Of a stretch of 64,000 bases of DNA, positions 38,290 to 47,997 are shown piece by piece. Both the position numbers and the translations under genes were made by a program. Position 1 is the stretch's first letter. Each line of letters opens with the position of its first letter. The DNA comes from a virus (lineage: Duplodnaviria > Heunggongvirae > Uroviricota > Caudoviricetes). The stretch lies in the IMG/VR virus record IMGVR_UViG_3300029288_000128, positions 26,152 to 90,151 of that record; one strand, written 5' to 3'. Under the pieces are notes generated by a model, which worked only from the letters and a program-made list of their open reading frames with translations, was not told the DNA's origin and searched no databases.

Positions 38290-38532
38290 TTATTGGCTAA
38301 CTTTAGCAAATATTTTCCAAGAATAATGAGCACCTGAAAGTATATCAGTGTCACCAGCAGCCCAAGTAGTTGCTGTTGTGTAAGCACCTACTGAGTCTGT
38401 GATGTCTGTCCCAGATGCTTTAGATTGATCTGTGACATACCCGACTTCTAACGGTTCAACTAACTCTCTTCCATCAAAACTCTTATTGTTAATTCCGTAT
38501 TCGTTTACGGAACCTAGAGGATCTTTCCTCAT
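38290..38532 (-). CDS. putative major capsid protein, exon 2 (boundaries approximate)
   Basis: 80-aa coding piece in a third frame between the two LAGLIDADG ORFs. Confidence 0.35.
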   Translation of the reverse strand: MRKDPLGSVNEYGINNKSFDGRELVEPLEVGYVTDQSKASGTDITDSVGAYTTATTWAAGDTDILSGAHYSWKIFAKVSQ

Positions 38533-39097
38533 AGCTTACGGTTAATGTTCCCGTAAGATCAGACTGTCGCTTAAAGGCTAACTGCATAGCAGCTTGCGCC
38601 TTTTCTGTTTGCTCAGTCGTTAGGCCTGTCTTAGGCATACTTATCGCATATTTATTAAGATGTTTTACTTCTTCGTGTATAGATCTTCGTATCGCTACTT
38701 CATTAGCTGATAAAGATCCACCTAATCTTCCATTCTTTTTCCCTACATCTATTCTAGATTGGAGCCTTATTGCCAATTCTGCTTGTTTCTTTTTTGTTCT
38801 AAGAAACGGAAGCATTTGTTTCAATATTTTGGTGGCAGTAGAGCCACATACTTCCCACACGAATCCAGGAAAATATCCTGAGTCTCTTTGCGGCACGAGA
38901 TTAACTTTGCCGCCGAACATACCATGGAAAAAATCCATAATTTGTCCGCTATTCATCTTAATAACTATTCTTGGCAGGTATGTATAATTTATACAACCAT
39001 TTGACTTGTTAGGCTTATAGATTTTAATCCCTATATAACCTTCTCCGTCAATGATCCCTGCTGCATATGCAATACGAGATTTCTTATCTCGTTTCAT
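38489..39097 (-). CDS. LAGLIDADG homing endonuclease (intron-encoded, intron 1)
   Basis: AAGIIDGEGYIG motif; start assumed at Met of MKRDKK. Confidence 0.6.
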   Translation of the reverse strand: MKRDKKSRIAYAAGIIDGEGYIGIKIYKPNKSNGCINYTYLPRIVIKMNSGQIMDFFHGMFGGKVNLVPQRDSGYFPGFVWEVCGSTATKILKQMLPFLRTKKKQAELAIRLQSRIDVGKKNGRLGGSLSANEVAIRRSIHEEVKHLNKYAISMPKTGLTTEQTEKAQAAMQLAFKRQSDLTGTLTVSYEERSSRFRKRIRN

Positions 39098-39320
39098 ATG
39101 ACATAACTTGGCTGGGATTCCCAATTTCAGGGTTCCCCGAATTAAAACAGATTTTATTTACCCAGTTTTGTTTAGGTAAAGCTAGACCGAAGTCACCTTC
39201 TTTAGAAGCTTTGAAAACTCTCTCCAATAAAGGAGATCCTTGATACATTTGGTTTACAACCAAAGGCATGAAGCGATAATTTGTTGATACCTGTAGTTCG
39301 GATAATACTGTTTCTGCCAT
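39084..39320 (-). CDS. putative major capsid protein, exon 1 (3' end approximate)
   Basis: ATG-initiated ORF MAETVLSELQV... immediately downstream of the scaffold-like gene; its tail runs into intron sequence. Confidence 0.35.
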   Translation of the reverse strand: MAETVLSELQVSTNYRFMPLVVNQMYQGSPLLERVFKASKEGDFGLALPKQNWVNKICFNSGNPEIGNPSQVMSYETR

Positions 39321-39364
39321 ATTTTTGTATTATTTTTAAAAGAATAATACAGTTGTTTATGCTC

Positions 39365-40105
39365 TTATTGCAAATTGGCTTTTGATGCTTTCAGTGCATT
39401 AGACCAATCATCGTTGTCGCTTACGCGTCTATCGAAATTGGGAATGCCTGGAGCGCCAGGAATAGGAGCCGAAGAAGAACCCGCGGATTGAGGGACTGAT
39501 ATCTTGCCCTCATTTTCCTTTAAGATTTGCGCACGGACTTTCTCTTCTGTTCTTTTCTCAATATCTGTAATCAAATTGAGTTTACCTTCATGCGATTCCT
39601 TAGCCAGGTCCATTATATTCTTATCAGATCCGGATTCCACAGCTGCTAAGATCGCAGTTTCATCAGCATGTGGGTAAGTTATAATTGCAGCTCTTAATTC
39701 TGCTGTCATTTCGATCATTGTATCACGTAGTTCTAGATCAGAGATCTTTTTTTCTACGTTCTGAATGCTCGACATGACTTTAGCAAAGGCTTCGTTAACA
39801 TCTTCCTTAGGAGCAGCAGGTGCTGCAGGAATCGGAGCAGGAGCAACAGGTGCTGGCGCAACTGGCGCAACTGGGGCCGGCACAGGATCAGCAGGTTTTG
39901 GATCCTGAGGTTGATTTAATTGCTCTAATGCAGCATCCAAGGCACTTTGCAAAGCGTCGGCTCTGTCCTGAGCTTCTTTAGCTGGATCTGCTGGGGCTGG
40001 ATCTGCTGGGGCTGGATCTGCCGGAGCAGGAGTTGGATCGGCAGGAGCCGGTGTTGGATCAACTGGCGCTGGTGCACCAGGTACTGGGTTGTTAATTGGG
40101 TCCAT
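39365..40105 (-). CDS. scaffolding protein candidate
   Basis: Pro/Ala-rich N-terminus with PAPADP repeats, helical Glu/Lys/Ala-rich remainder, upstream of the capsid gene. Confidence 0.4.
   Translation of the reverse strand: MDPINNPVPGAPAPVDPTPAPADPTPAPADPAPADPAPADPAKEAQDRADALQSALDAALEQLNQPQDPKPADPVPAPVAPVAPAPVAPAPIPAAPAAPKEDVNEAFAKVMSSIQNVEKKISDLELRDTMIEMTAELRAAIITYPHADETAILAAVESGSDKNIMDLAKESHEGKLNLITDIEKRTEEKVRAQILKENEGKISVPQSAGSSSAPIPGAPGIPNFDRRVSDNDDWSNALKASKANLQ
39960..40060 (-). repeat. coding tandem repeat (15-nt unit x3 plus degenerate copies)
   Basis: gctggggctggatct x3 on the plus strand encodes the PAPADP repeats of the scaffold-like protein. Confidence 0.5.
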
Positions 40106-40193
40106 AATTTTATGTTAATTGACTGCCTTGTGCTTCGAATGTGTGGATTATATTATTATTATATAACAATATTATCAAATCGTCAATGGATGG

Positions 40194-40469
40194 CTATTTT
40201 TTCTTCGCAGACTTTAGTCTTTTAGCTCCCATAGCTCTAAGATTCTTAGCCATGTTGTAACGAGGAGAGCCTGGAGGGCATGACGGGCCACCAAACTTGG
40301 AGCCCGAGCATACCCCGGCAGTACCACGTCTATTAACTGACTTGAATGCATCTGAAATCCAGCCTCCAGCCATACTATTTCTTACAACCTTTCTTAAGAG
40401 CGCCGGCTGCGGCTTTCTTAGCAAATGGATTGACTCCCTTTTTACCTGGAGTGAAACCACCTTTGGCAT
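40194..40469 (-). CDS. small basic hypothetical protein
   Basis: ORF. Confidence 0.25.
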   Translation of the reverse strand: MPKVVSLQVKRESIHLLRKPQPALLRKVVRNSMAGGWISDAFKSVNRRGTAGVCSGSKFGGPSCPPGSPRYNMAKNLRAMGAKRLKSAKKK

Positions 40470-40558
40470 TCTTCAACGCCTTAGCAGCAATGGCTTTCTT
40501 ACCAAATGCTGGTTTAGATGCGATCGTTGTTTCTGTGAACATACTTTTTATTATTAAA

Positions 40559-41602
40559 TTAAATTAATTTATACCATCTACCACTGATGATGACACGCTG
40601 GGCCTCAGGAATCTTCTGCATTTCTGCAATAGTAGGTATATATTGAACCTTATTAGGTAGCGCATAAAGCTTGCCATAGGTGTCCTTAAGAACACGGCTA
40701 CTGCCAAGCTTAGATAGTTGGCTAGTATCAGGTAAATACACGGCACCAGCCGGGACTACAACTTGAGGAGCACTAGGACTTGGCAAGCCAGCGTCCTTAG
40801 CTGCTTTCTCTGCAGCTTGCTTAGCCAATGCATAGTCATATCCCTCTATTCCTGAACCCATCTGGTAAGGAGTCGTCTTGTCAGCGTTACCACCTGTTCT
40901 GTAGTATGGATCCTTTTGAGGATATATTGTTGACACCGTGGGTGACTTGGCAGCTATCGGGACTACCTGTTTAGTAATGGCATTCAGGGCCTCTTGTCCT
41001 GACGCCATGCCACCTGTCCACAATTGCCATTTATTCTTTAGGTCAGTCGGTAAAGCAGCAATATCTTCGTCCAAGATCTTCCCGGTAACCATGTTAAGTC
41101 GTACTGCTTTCTTAGTACCAGTATTTGGATTCCAAATAGTAGCTGCTTCAGCGTAGGCAAGGCCTGTTTTAGGATTGATCTCTGCTTTAAATGTGCCATC
41201 AGAATTCACTCTATCAGGATACAATTTCTTATTGGCAGCAATGGCATCTGCTTCTATCTTTGCATTATATTTAAGGGCATTGGTAGTCATCAATGCTTGC
41301 TGAGCTTTTGTAAGATCACCGAATACATAATTGTCGGTCGGTGTCTTAGTAGTTGTGACAGAACCGCTGGTAGTCCCTGTAGTTGGGACGTTAGTGGCAG
41401 CGTTAGCTACAGGAGTAGTAGTGTCTATGATCTCAAGCCCGGAGGCTAGATCGTACTTACGTTTGACTCCATTGATATCCATGATTTCTGTCCATGATGA
41501 TGTGGCCATAATATTAAGTGCCATAATAAGGACCACGATCCTTATCAAGCTTAGGTTTGTTTTTAAAAGCATTGTCTTTGACTGCTCGTTCACGAGCTTC
41601 AA
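40559..41602 (-). CDS. hypothetical head-module protein with N-terminal TM
   Basis: 347 aa, N-terminal hydrophobic helix, Thr-rich linker. Confidence 0.3.
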   Translation of the reverse strand: MKLVNEQSKTMLLKTNLSLIRIVVLIMALNIMATSSWTEIMDINGVKRKYDLASGLEIIDTTTPVANAATNVPTTGTTSGSVTTTKTPTDNYVFGDLTKAQQALMTTNALKYNAKIEADAIAANKKLYPDRVNSDGTFKAEINPKTGLAYAEAATIWNPNTGTKKAVRLNMVTGKILDEDIAALPTDLKNKWQLWTGGMASGQEALNAITKQVVPIAAKSPTVSTIYPQKDPYYRTGGNADKTTPYQMGSGIEGYDYALAKQAAEKAAKDAGLPSPSAPQVVVPAGAVYLPDTSQLSKLGSSRVLKDTYGKLYALPNKVQYIPTIAEMQKIPEAQRVIISGRWYKLI

Positions 41603-41864
41603 TCAATTGACTGGCAGCTTCGGCCTTTTTATTGCCAATCTTTTGGTCCTGGATCTTTGTCAATTGACTCGCTACGTATTCACGAGCCCCTTTATAATTG
41701 CTTGAGTCCACGAGATTGCTTATCTTGCTGACAGCAGTGCCATAGTTGCTGCCCATATCAGCTTTAGGAAGCTTGCTGGCCAAGGTATCCTTAAGCTTTT
41801 GCTGTAAGGCTACAGCTGCGCGTTGTGATGCCTGAGCATCCTTTGTTTCTTTTAATATAGCCAT
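41514..41864 (-). CDS. hypothetical protein
   Basis: ORF, Lys/Ala-rich helical. Confidence 0.25.
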   Translation of the reverse strand: MAILKETKDAQASQRAAVALQQKLKDTLASKLPKADMGSNYGTAVSKISNLVDSSNYKGAREYVASQLTKIQDQKIGNKKAEAASQLIEARERAVKDNAFKNKPKLDKDRGPYYGT

Positions 41865-41865
41865 A

Positions 41866-42201
41866 CTATTTTCTTATTGTCCAAATAGACTTCATAGTCT
41901 TGTTCGGATACAAATTATTTTTATCTAAGATTAGTGGAAATTTACTGACAGCCTGATCATAAGTGTAGAGTTTACCATCCAATCGTACCTTGCTAAGCAA
42001 CTTGTTCTCTGCACTTATAAGCTGTTCAACGAAGACGCCGCTATTAGCGAGTTGTGCCCAGGCGGTAGTATCTTTTTGATCTTGTTCCAACCAGTACGTA
42101 CCATCTGGATTGTCCTCGCGCTTAAGCTTCGCCTTCGACTTGGCCCGAAGCAATTGCTTCGCTGCTTGGCTCTTGTTTTGTTGATTCATATGATGATTCA
42201 T
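41866..42201 (-). CDS. hypothetical protein
   Basis: ORF. Confidence 0.25.
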   Translation of the reverse strand: MNHHMNQQNKSQAAKQLLRAKSKAKLKREDNPDGTYWLEQDQKDTTAWAQLANSGVFVEQLISAENKLLSKVRLDGKLYTYDQAVSKFPLILDKNNLYPNKTMKSIWTIRK

Positions 42202-44602
42202 TAATTAATTCCACCTTAGGAAAAAATGTTTGAACACCCGGAGACCTTTTATAATTCATCGGGTATTTTAACGGGTAGAATTCGAACAAGTACAAGTACA
42301 ATTGCTTGTCACCCCACCATCTCATCTTCTCTCTGTCATTGACAAGATGATACTTTTGTGTTTCAGCAAAGTCGAAGTCAGAGATGATCTTCTTAAGAAC
42401 TATGATGCCATAGGCCTGCTTACCGCAGAAAATCATAGGCTTGTTCAGAGCTTCTGGATTATTAGTAGCCATAACAAGGGCTAACTTACGTCCGAGGTAA
42501 ACCCATTTAGCATGAGGCTCAACCATGTACATGCCAGGAAGGTTCTGATACTTCTCGAGGTCATAAAGAACTTTGGACTTCTTCATATAACCGTTGATTT
42601 CATTAGGATCAAACACTTCGCTAGTATTAGTAGGAACTACGGCTGGCTTAGCGTTCTCGTTGACCGGCGCAACTTCCGCGGGAACCTGAACTTGTTCTAC
42701 TGGAACAGCTTCCGCTTGTTTTGTCAAGTCTTGCTGGGCAGTTGGAGCTTCCATGTTCTGTGGGTTAGCCGGCCTACCTCGAGTTTCCTCTGGCACTGGT
42801 GCACCAGGTTGAGTTGGTTCCGAAGAGTATGGAACTCCAGGAGTAGTCATGTCCTGAACTGGTTGAGGGACTATAGGCTGCGGAGTAACCGCGAACTCGT
42901 CCTGGGCTGGTGGCTTAAGCTCGGTATCCATAGTAGGTTCTATTAGAACACTGGCTATGATGTCACTCAATAAGAAAGCTACTATCTTTAAGTCGCTAAT
43001 ATTAGCAGTAATAAGTACCTTGTCCTGTGGTAATGGGGAAAGATAATATCTAAACTTCAACTGTCCATTAAGACGGCCTGTTATCTTGTCCATGATAGTC
43101 TTGTTAGACTCGGTCATGACTTTCTTCTGAGCGTCATACATGTCGAGTTGCTTCTGAACAGTCTCTTTCTTTATACGTTCGATAGTTTTCCTAGGGGCAC
43201 TATCACCAAGCTGTTCAAGAGCATCTACTGTAGGAAGCAAGTTGCTTTTCCATTGGTTAAGAGTAAACATTCTGTTCTCGTAACTATCCTCAGTAGAGTA
43301 GGCAGTGAATCTTTCTGTTGGCTCATAGATAATATCGCCATCGAAGATTTCTTCTATGTTAAGACCGGCCTTGTCGCGAAGACTAAGCCTATGAGAATCT
43401 ACATAATCAATTATATATTTATCAAGATCCGTGAAGACGTCTTCAATAATCCCTGACAATGAAGCAAGTCTTCTGAATGATGTCTTGATCAAGCGAGCTA
43501 ACGCGCCGCGCTCTCTGGCACCCTGACTAGCAAAGCCAAGGAAAGCCTTGTTAAGACCAAGATCTTTCATGATATCTTCCTCGATTTGATCAGGAAGTAT
43601 CTGAGCGTATGCTGGCAATTGTCCAGGGGCCTTGAAGTTGATGTCACCTTCCCGGTTCTTTCCTACTATAACGTGCTTATACCCCTGTTTAAGGGCAGTA
43701 AGAAGCTTGTTAACATCGATACCTGCGTCGTCATCATAAACAAGTATAGGTTTGGCTATAGATGAAGCTGATTCCTTGATAGAAGTACGGGCATTCTGAT
43801 AGTCCTTTAACTTCTCAACAAGAGCTGACATAGCAGGCACAGGGTAGAAACTATTTATAAGTTCGCTAGTATTAGCTATAAATAATGGATACCTATCTTG
43901 AGGTTCACGTAGTTGCTGTGTATAAAGCACCTTACCTGACTGCGTATAACCTACGTTAAGGTTAGTACTTTTAACATAGACATCATAAACCTGGAACATC
44001 TCGAGTTCATCAAGAGTGCCAAAAATTGCTGTCTCGTTTGCAGGATCAACACCGCATTGTCTAAGCACTGCTCTGTTGGCCTGAGTCTTTCTTACCCAGA
44101 ATGGCTGCGCATCCTGGTCGAAGATACCTTTATCTCCCGGGATAAGATCGTAAGCTGTTAAAAAGTAATAGCGTCCACCATCAAAGTAGATACCGAAGTA
44201 CCCATGAACTAGAAGTTCAAAGGCTAAGACCTTCATGTAACTACGTCTCTTCGAGATCCGGTGAACTCTACCAAGATAGGACTCAAGCTGATCAGCATAA
44301 GAATCATAAGGCTCCTTACCATCTACAGGGTACGGTTTAACTGACGTTCTAAAGTCAGAGACAGAAATTTCATCTGTAAATGCGGATACAATCTGATGTA
44401 ATGGGTTATCAGGTGATGGGTTAAAACTATTAATAACGTTGAGTATATCAACGATAGGCAGTGTGGTCGGCGTTGCCTTACGAACCAAGTCTATATTCTT
44501 ACCGAAAAGAAAATAAGACAGGTTCTTCTGGGTAGCGTCCAAGAAAGCATTATGCTTTTCTTGAGCGTCTATTACCCTTGAAAAAAGTTTTGTTGTATCC
44601 AT
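42122..44602 (-). CDS. portal protein candidate (with Pro-rich C-terminal extension)
   Basis: 826 aa, lies between the large terminase and scaffold genes; size and position fit a portal. Confidence 0.4.
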   Translation of the reverse strand: MDTTKLFSRVIDAQEKHNAFLDATQKNLSYFLFGKNIDLVRKATPTTLPIVDILNVINSFNPSPDNPLHQIVSAFTDEISVSDFRTSVKPYPVDGKEPYDSYADQLESYLGRVHRISKRRSYMKVLAFELLVHGYFGIYFDGGRYYFLTAYDLIPGDKGIFDQDAQPFWVRKTQANRAVLRQCGVDPANETAIFGTLDELEMFQVYDVYVKSTNLNVGYTQSGKVLYTQQLREPQDRYPLFIANTSELINSFYPVPAMSALVEKLKDYQNARTSIKESASSIAKPILVYDDDAGIDVNKLLTALKQGYKHVIVGKNREGDINFKAPGQLPAYAQILPDQIEEDIMKDLGLNKAFLGFASQGARERGALARLIKTSFRRLASLSGIIEDVFTDLDKYIIDYVDSHRLSLRDKAGLNIEEIFDGDIIYEPTERFTAYSTEDSYENRMFTLNQWKSNLLPTVDALEQLGDSAPRKTIERIKKETVQKQLDMYDAQKKVMTESNKTIMDKITGRLNGQLKFRYYLSPLPQDKVLITANISDLKIVAFLLSDIIASVLIEPTMDTELKPPAQDEFAVTPQPIVPQPVQDMTTPGVPYSSEPTQPGAPVPEETRGRPANPQNMEAPTAQQDLTKQAEAVPVEQVQVPAEVAPVNENAKPAVVPTNTSEVFDPNEINGYMKKSKVLYDLEKYQNLPGMYMVEPHAKWVYLGRKLALVMATNNPEALNKPMIFCGKQAYGIIVLKKIISDFDFAETQKYHLVNDREKMRWWGDKQLYLYLFEFYPLKYPMNYKRSPGVQTFFPKVELINESSYESTKQEPSSEAIASGQVEGEA

Positions 44603-44643
44603 TTTTGTTTTAATCTTAGCCTGACTGGCAGGACAAAGAAATA

Positions 44644-47154
44644 TTAAATGCCATCTCTAGGAAAGACTTGAGTTGGATCAAGGGACCTTCCTTGTGGCTT
44701 AATTATTATTGAATCATTACCTGCAAAAGAATCTATTCTTTTCTGGAAGTCTTCATGATACCAAGGTTTCTTAACCTCTGGCTTAGGCGCAGCAACTGGT
44801 GCAAAGTTATACCTATTAGTTTTAAAACTAGGAAACAATATATGAACGGCCGTTACTATAAAGTTAAGTGCATGACCATAGTGATCCGGACCTACCGCCT
44901 TGTATACACGGCGCATTCTACCATGCTGTTCCAGTACATCAGGGACCAGGTTCTTAATCATCTCTATGATACCCGGGTTACTCTTATCGCGTCCCCGTAA
45001 TCTGGGACATGTACGTCTGAACTTGATGTGCCCATCTACTATAAGTTCAAGCATTTCATCAAGAGATTCGGTGCGTTCGATACCAACTTCGCCAGTAGTC
45101 CTGTCTAGTTTATAATAGAACCTTTCCTTAGACATAGTCTCAGTCCAGTTTCTTTCCTTACCCATATAAAGTTTATCCCTACCGTAATCTTCGCGCATTT
45201 TCTTAGCAGTATGCCTGTTAGGGAACATGTCCATGATTACAAGGTCAGGTCTATAGAATTTTAACTTGGCAAGTAACTCGTCCTCAGACCTCAGCTCTTC
45301 AGAAGCACAGACTAGTATGCCCGTCTCGTTAGCTAGAGCAACTAGGAAGTGGAAGATGTCTCCCTGATCGATCCCGACTATTACTTTAGTCCCAGGATCC
45401 TGTTTGAACTTGATGAATTCATCTTCATCAACCATGCTGTTATTAATAACATCATCAGTAATGTCAGACTTCTTGTTTAAATACGGTAATCCTAGCGTAA
45501 AATTAAAGAACTTCTTTGGTGTATCCTTTTTAAATCTATCTATGATATGAGCAGCGGATATCCATGGGGCCATCAACTTGTTGATGTAGTAGCCATGTAT
45601 CTCACGGCCCGGGAACTTGGCTTTCCACATACCTTTCCTACGCATGTCAGGAGTAAGTTCCTTATGGCAATACTTACATTGGTATATCTCCTTGACAAAA
45701 TCAATGGAATCTGGCCAGGTAAGTGACTGAAGTTTTCCACAGTGTCCACACTTTATGAACCAACTACGCTGGTCGGATGACTCATAGATTTCTTCTATCC
45801 CGAAGCCCGGTATGCTGGGGTAGCCTACCCAATACACTACGCTTAACGATGAAGAACCTTCCGTTCTTTCTTCCCACATTTCTTTGACGTCAGGTTTCTG
45901 AAAGTCCAGTTCATCAACAACTAGTACGTCAGCATCAATGGACTGGGCCCCGAACGTTGTCCAGGATCCCTTGAAGAAGTAATAGGAATCACCGATTCTC
46001 TTTACTTCAGAATTATATATTGGCTTGTCTCTGAATACCACTTTGGATACAGAGTCTCGCAGCCCTTGTGAACGTTCTATAATAGGATCGAACTTAGAAA
46101 GCACAAAGCTTTTAGCATCACCTATTGTTGGCAGTGTATAAATAATAGTCAACGGCGATTGGCTCCCAAGGTGTAATACCTTGACTATAACAGAATATGA
46201 AGCACCAACCTGGGTACAGTTGTGAGAGATTATTCCCTCAGCTATAAACGTACGACTACTAGTTTCTATATCAATCATTTCAATAGTACCAAGTTTTTCT
46301 ATGGACTTAATCCTTACCTGAGTACTTGGAAAGAAATTACTAACAACTTGTCCTTCCCAAAATTTTGAATCAATCCAACGTGTTGTCTGTGTTTTCCCGA
46401 GTAGCTCCATGATATCACTAAGTCTGCTAAGAACTATTCTTCTGATAGGACCGTTTCTATGTACGATATCACCCGTATTATGATCGTCTCTTACATGATA
46501 TTTAAACTTATTCTTTTTCAAATAATTTTCTACTCTATTTGATATAGCACCTGGACGTTGTGATATAACGAAATCATTCCCACCACCAGTCCTATGGACT
46601 TTTAAAGAACCCTCGCCATCCATGATACCGGCCATCCAACCATCCTCATAATTTAACGCGTCTGTCCATATATTAGAAATAACTCTAAGTTGATCACCAC
46701 ATTTAAGTTCTTTGACAGTCTTCCATGCCGATATGCTTCTCTTGATTCCAAGGAATGGATGATCTCCAGAAGCTATAATACTTCTTCCGTCCTCTAATGT
46801 TAGCTTAAAAGATTCTTTTTTTACAGTGTGCTTGTCACAAACAATAGTTTTTTCAAACATTCTTCTCGACCCTTTACCTATAGGAGTATGCTCGCTGATA
46901 CCTACAAGCTCATCACCTTGGTTAATGTTTTTAATAGCTACCCATTTAAGAGCCGACGTTAAAACTCTTGTGTCTGGATGAACACACTTGCGGACAACTA
47001 TTTTCTTAGCAGTATCACGGACAAAGTCCAGTAAGAATCCATGGTCTCTGAATTCTATCGGCAAACCTTTGTTTGTTTTAACGCCATTGTCCCTTATCCA
47101 CTGCAATATCTTGGCATTATCTACCATATTAATTGTTAAGATCCTCGTCATCAA
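44644..47154 (-). CDS. terL: terminase large subunit (GpA-like) interrupted by an intein
   Basis: Extein P-loop RK|CTQVGAS resembles lambda gpA KSARVGYS; CGHCG...CKYC zinc finger; nuclease-like VIVGIDQGD; intein occupies aa 57-312 (CVHPDTRV...IISHN|C). Confidence 0.65.
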   Translation of the reverse strand: MMTRILTINMVDNAKILQWIRDNGVKTNKGLPIEFRDHGFLLDFVRDTAKKIVVRKCVHPDTRVLTSALKWVAIKNINQGDELVGISEHTPIGKGSRRMFEKTIVCDKHTVKKESFKLTLEDGRSIIASGDHPFLGIKRSISAWKTVKELKCGDQLRVISNIWTDALNYEDGWMAGIMDGEGSLKVHRTGGGNDFVISQRPGAISNRVENYLKKNKFKYHVRDDHNTGDIVHRNGPIRRIVLSRLSDIMELLGKTQTTRWIDSKFWEGQVVSNFFPSTQVRIKSIEKLGTIEMIDIETSSRTFIAEGIISHNCTQVGASYSVIVKVLHLGSQSPLTIIYTLPTIGDAKSFVLSKFDPIIERSQGLRDSVSKVVFRDKPIYNSEVKRIGDSYYFFKGSWTTFGAQSIDADVLVVDELDFQKPDVKEMWEERTEGSSSLSVVYWVGYPSIPGFGIEEIYESSDQRSWFIKCGHCGKLQSLTWPDSIDFVKEIYQCKYCHKELTPDMRRKGMWKAKFPGREIHGYYINKLMAPWISAAHIIDRFKKDTPKKFFNFTLGLPYLNKKSDITDDVINNSMVDEDEFIKFKQDPGTKVIVGIDQGDIFHFLVALANETGILVCASEELRSEDELLAKLKFYRPDLVIMDMFPNRHTAKKMREDYGRDKLYMGKERNWTETMSKERFYYKLDRTTGEVGIERTESLDEMLELIVDGHIKFRRTCPRLRGRDKSNPGIIEMIKNLVPDVLEQHGRMRRVYKAVGPDHYGHALNFIVTAVHILFPSFKTNRYNFAPVAAPKPEVKKPWYHEDFQKRIDSFAGNDSIIIKPQGRSLDPTQVFPRDGI
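46219..46986 (-). mobile_element. intein (256 aa) with embedded LAGLIDADG homing endonuclease domain
   Basis: Starts CVHPDTRVLT, ends HN followed by Cys+1; internal LAGIMDGEGS; inserted inside the terminase Walker A. Confidence 0.6.
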
Positions 47155-47641
47155 GGCCCTCGTATCCGAAGTCCTTGTCTAGTGGTTCTTTCTTTTCCTC
47201 TGGATTAATAACTACATTACTAGGCCTATTTATATTAATAGCCCCGGACTTGTTGGGTAACATCCTGGCTAGTTCTTTGAGGCAGATCTCGACAGGTATG
47301 TCATCGACGTTATCCTTAACGCGTGCCCATAACTTATTGAAGACGTCTTCAGCAGCCATGATTTTTGCTGCATTGTTAGCCAAAATAATACCATTAAGAA
47401 ACGACTGTAACTTCGCCATGAAAAACTTATTACAGATTATTTCCTGCACCTTAACTACTGAAAGACTATTCATTTCAGCTATGGTAGAAAGAGTAAGACC
47501 ATTAAGCAATCCATTGTACACGACCTTATTGGTAGCATCGCTCCAGAATCTGTACTGCATTGCCTTCTCGGACTTATCAATCGTTATGATTTCAGTTGTT
47601 AATGGTTCTTCCGACATAAAGTTTAAGCGAATGATGGACAT
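47129..47641 (-). CDS. terS: terminase small subunit candidate
   Basis: 170 aa, directly upstream of and overlapping the large terminase gene; HTH-like LSTIAEMNSLSVVKVQEI; acidic C-terminus. Confidence 0.4.
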   Translation of the reverse strand: MSIIRLNFMSEEPLTTEIITIDKSEKAMQYRFWSDATNKVVYNGLLNGLTLSTIAEMNSLSVVKVQEIICNKFFMAKLQSFLNGIILANNAAKIMAAEDVFNKLWARVKDNVDDIPVEICLKELARMLPNKSGAININRPSNVVINPEEKKEPLDKDFGYEGLDDEDLNN

Positions 47642-47846
47642 CTAGTATTAAAAAAGCACCAAGCAAAAGGCTGGTGATCTTGATATAGCCCGCCATTGGC
47701 AGGAATGATACTAGAATTAATAAGATAATGAACGATGATGAGACTCCCACAAGCCCCATTAAATATTGTTTTAATATTTTTGCCTTGTCTTGTCCTTGTG
47801 CACCGCGCGGCGGCAGTGCCCTAACGATTTTTGTTTCTTCGGACAT
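47592..47846 (-). CDS. small membrane protein (two TM helices)
   Basis: LMGLVGVSSSFIILLILVSFLPMAGYIKITSLLLGAFLIL. Confidence 0.3.
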   Translation of the reverse strand: MSEETKIVRALPPRGAQGQDKAKILKQYLMGLVGVSSSFIILLILVSFLPMAGYIKITSLLLGAFLILDVHHSLKLYVGRTINN

Positions 47847-47947
47847 ATGTATATTAAAAATTAAATGGTCTACGAACGTGGATGTTTAGGTTAATTTTTT
47901 ATTTATCAAAAAAAATAACTTACATATCTATTGTAGCATTTATTAAT

Positions 47948-47982
47948 AAAAAAAGCAAGGGCTAGCACCTTACCAGCCCTTG
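47948..47982 (-). terminator. rho-independent terminator (minus strand)
   Basis: 8-bp stem CAAGGGCT/AGCCCTTG with an 11-nt loop, then C plus seven T on the minus strand; just downstream of the gene ending at 47998. Confidence 0.5.
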
Positions 47983-47997
47983 ACAATTTTTATTAAC

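Noticed and set aside
36833-39320. Interpreting the capsid interruptions as inteins
   Set aside because: The endonuclease ORFs are in different frames from the coding pieces, and the pieces are separated by stop codons. That fits introns, not in-frame inteins.
39960-40060. Tandem 15-nt repeats that could look like a CRISPR-type or VNTR array
   Set aside because: The repeats are in-frame and encode PAPADP low-complexity protein sequence. There are no spacers of unique sequence, so this is not a CRISPR array.
47956-47990. Plus-strand CCCTTGACAA near 47973 as a fourth copy of the conserved promoter
   Set aside because: No TATACT-like -10 element follows at 16-17 nt, and there is no downstream plus-strand gene. 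The sequence is better explained as the minus-strand terminator hairpin.
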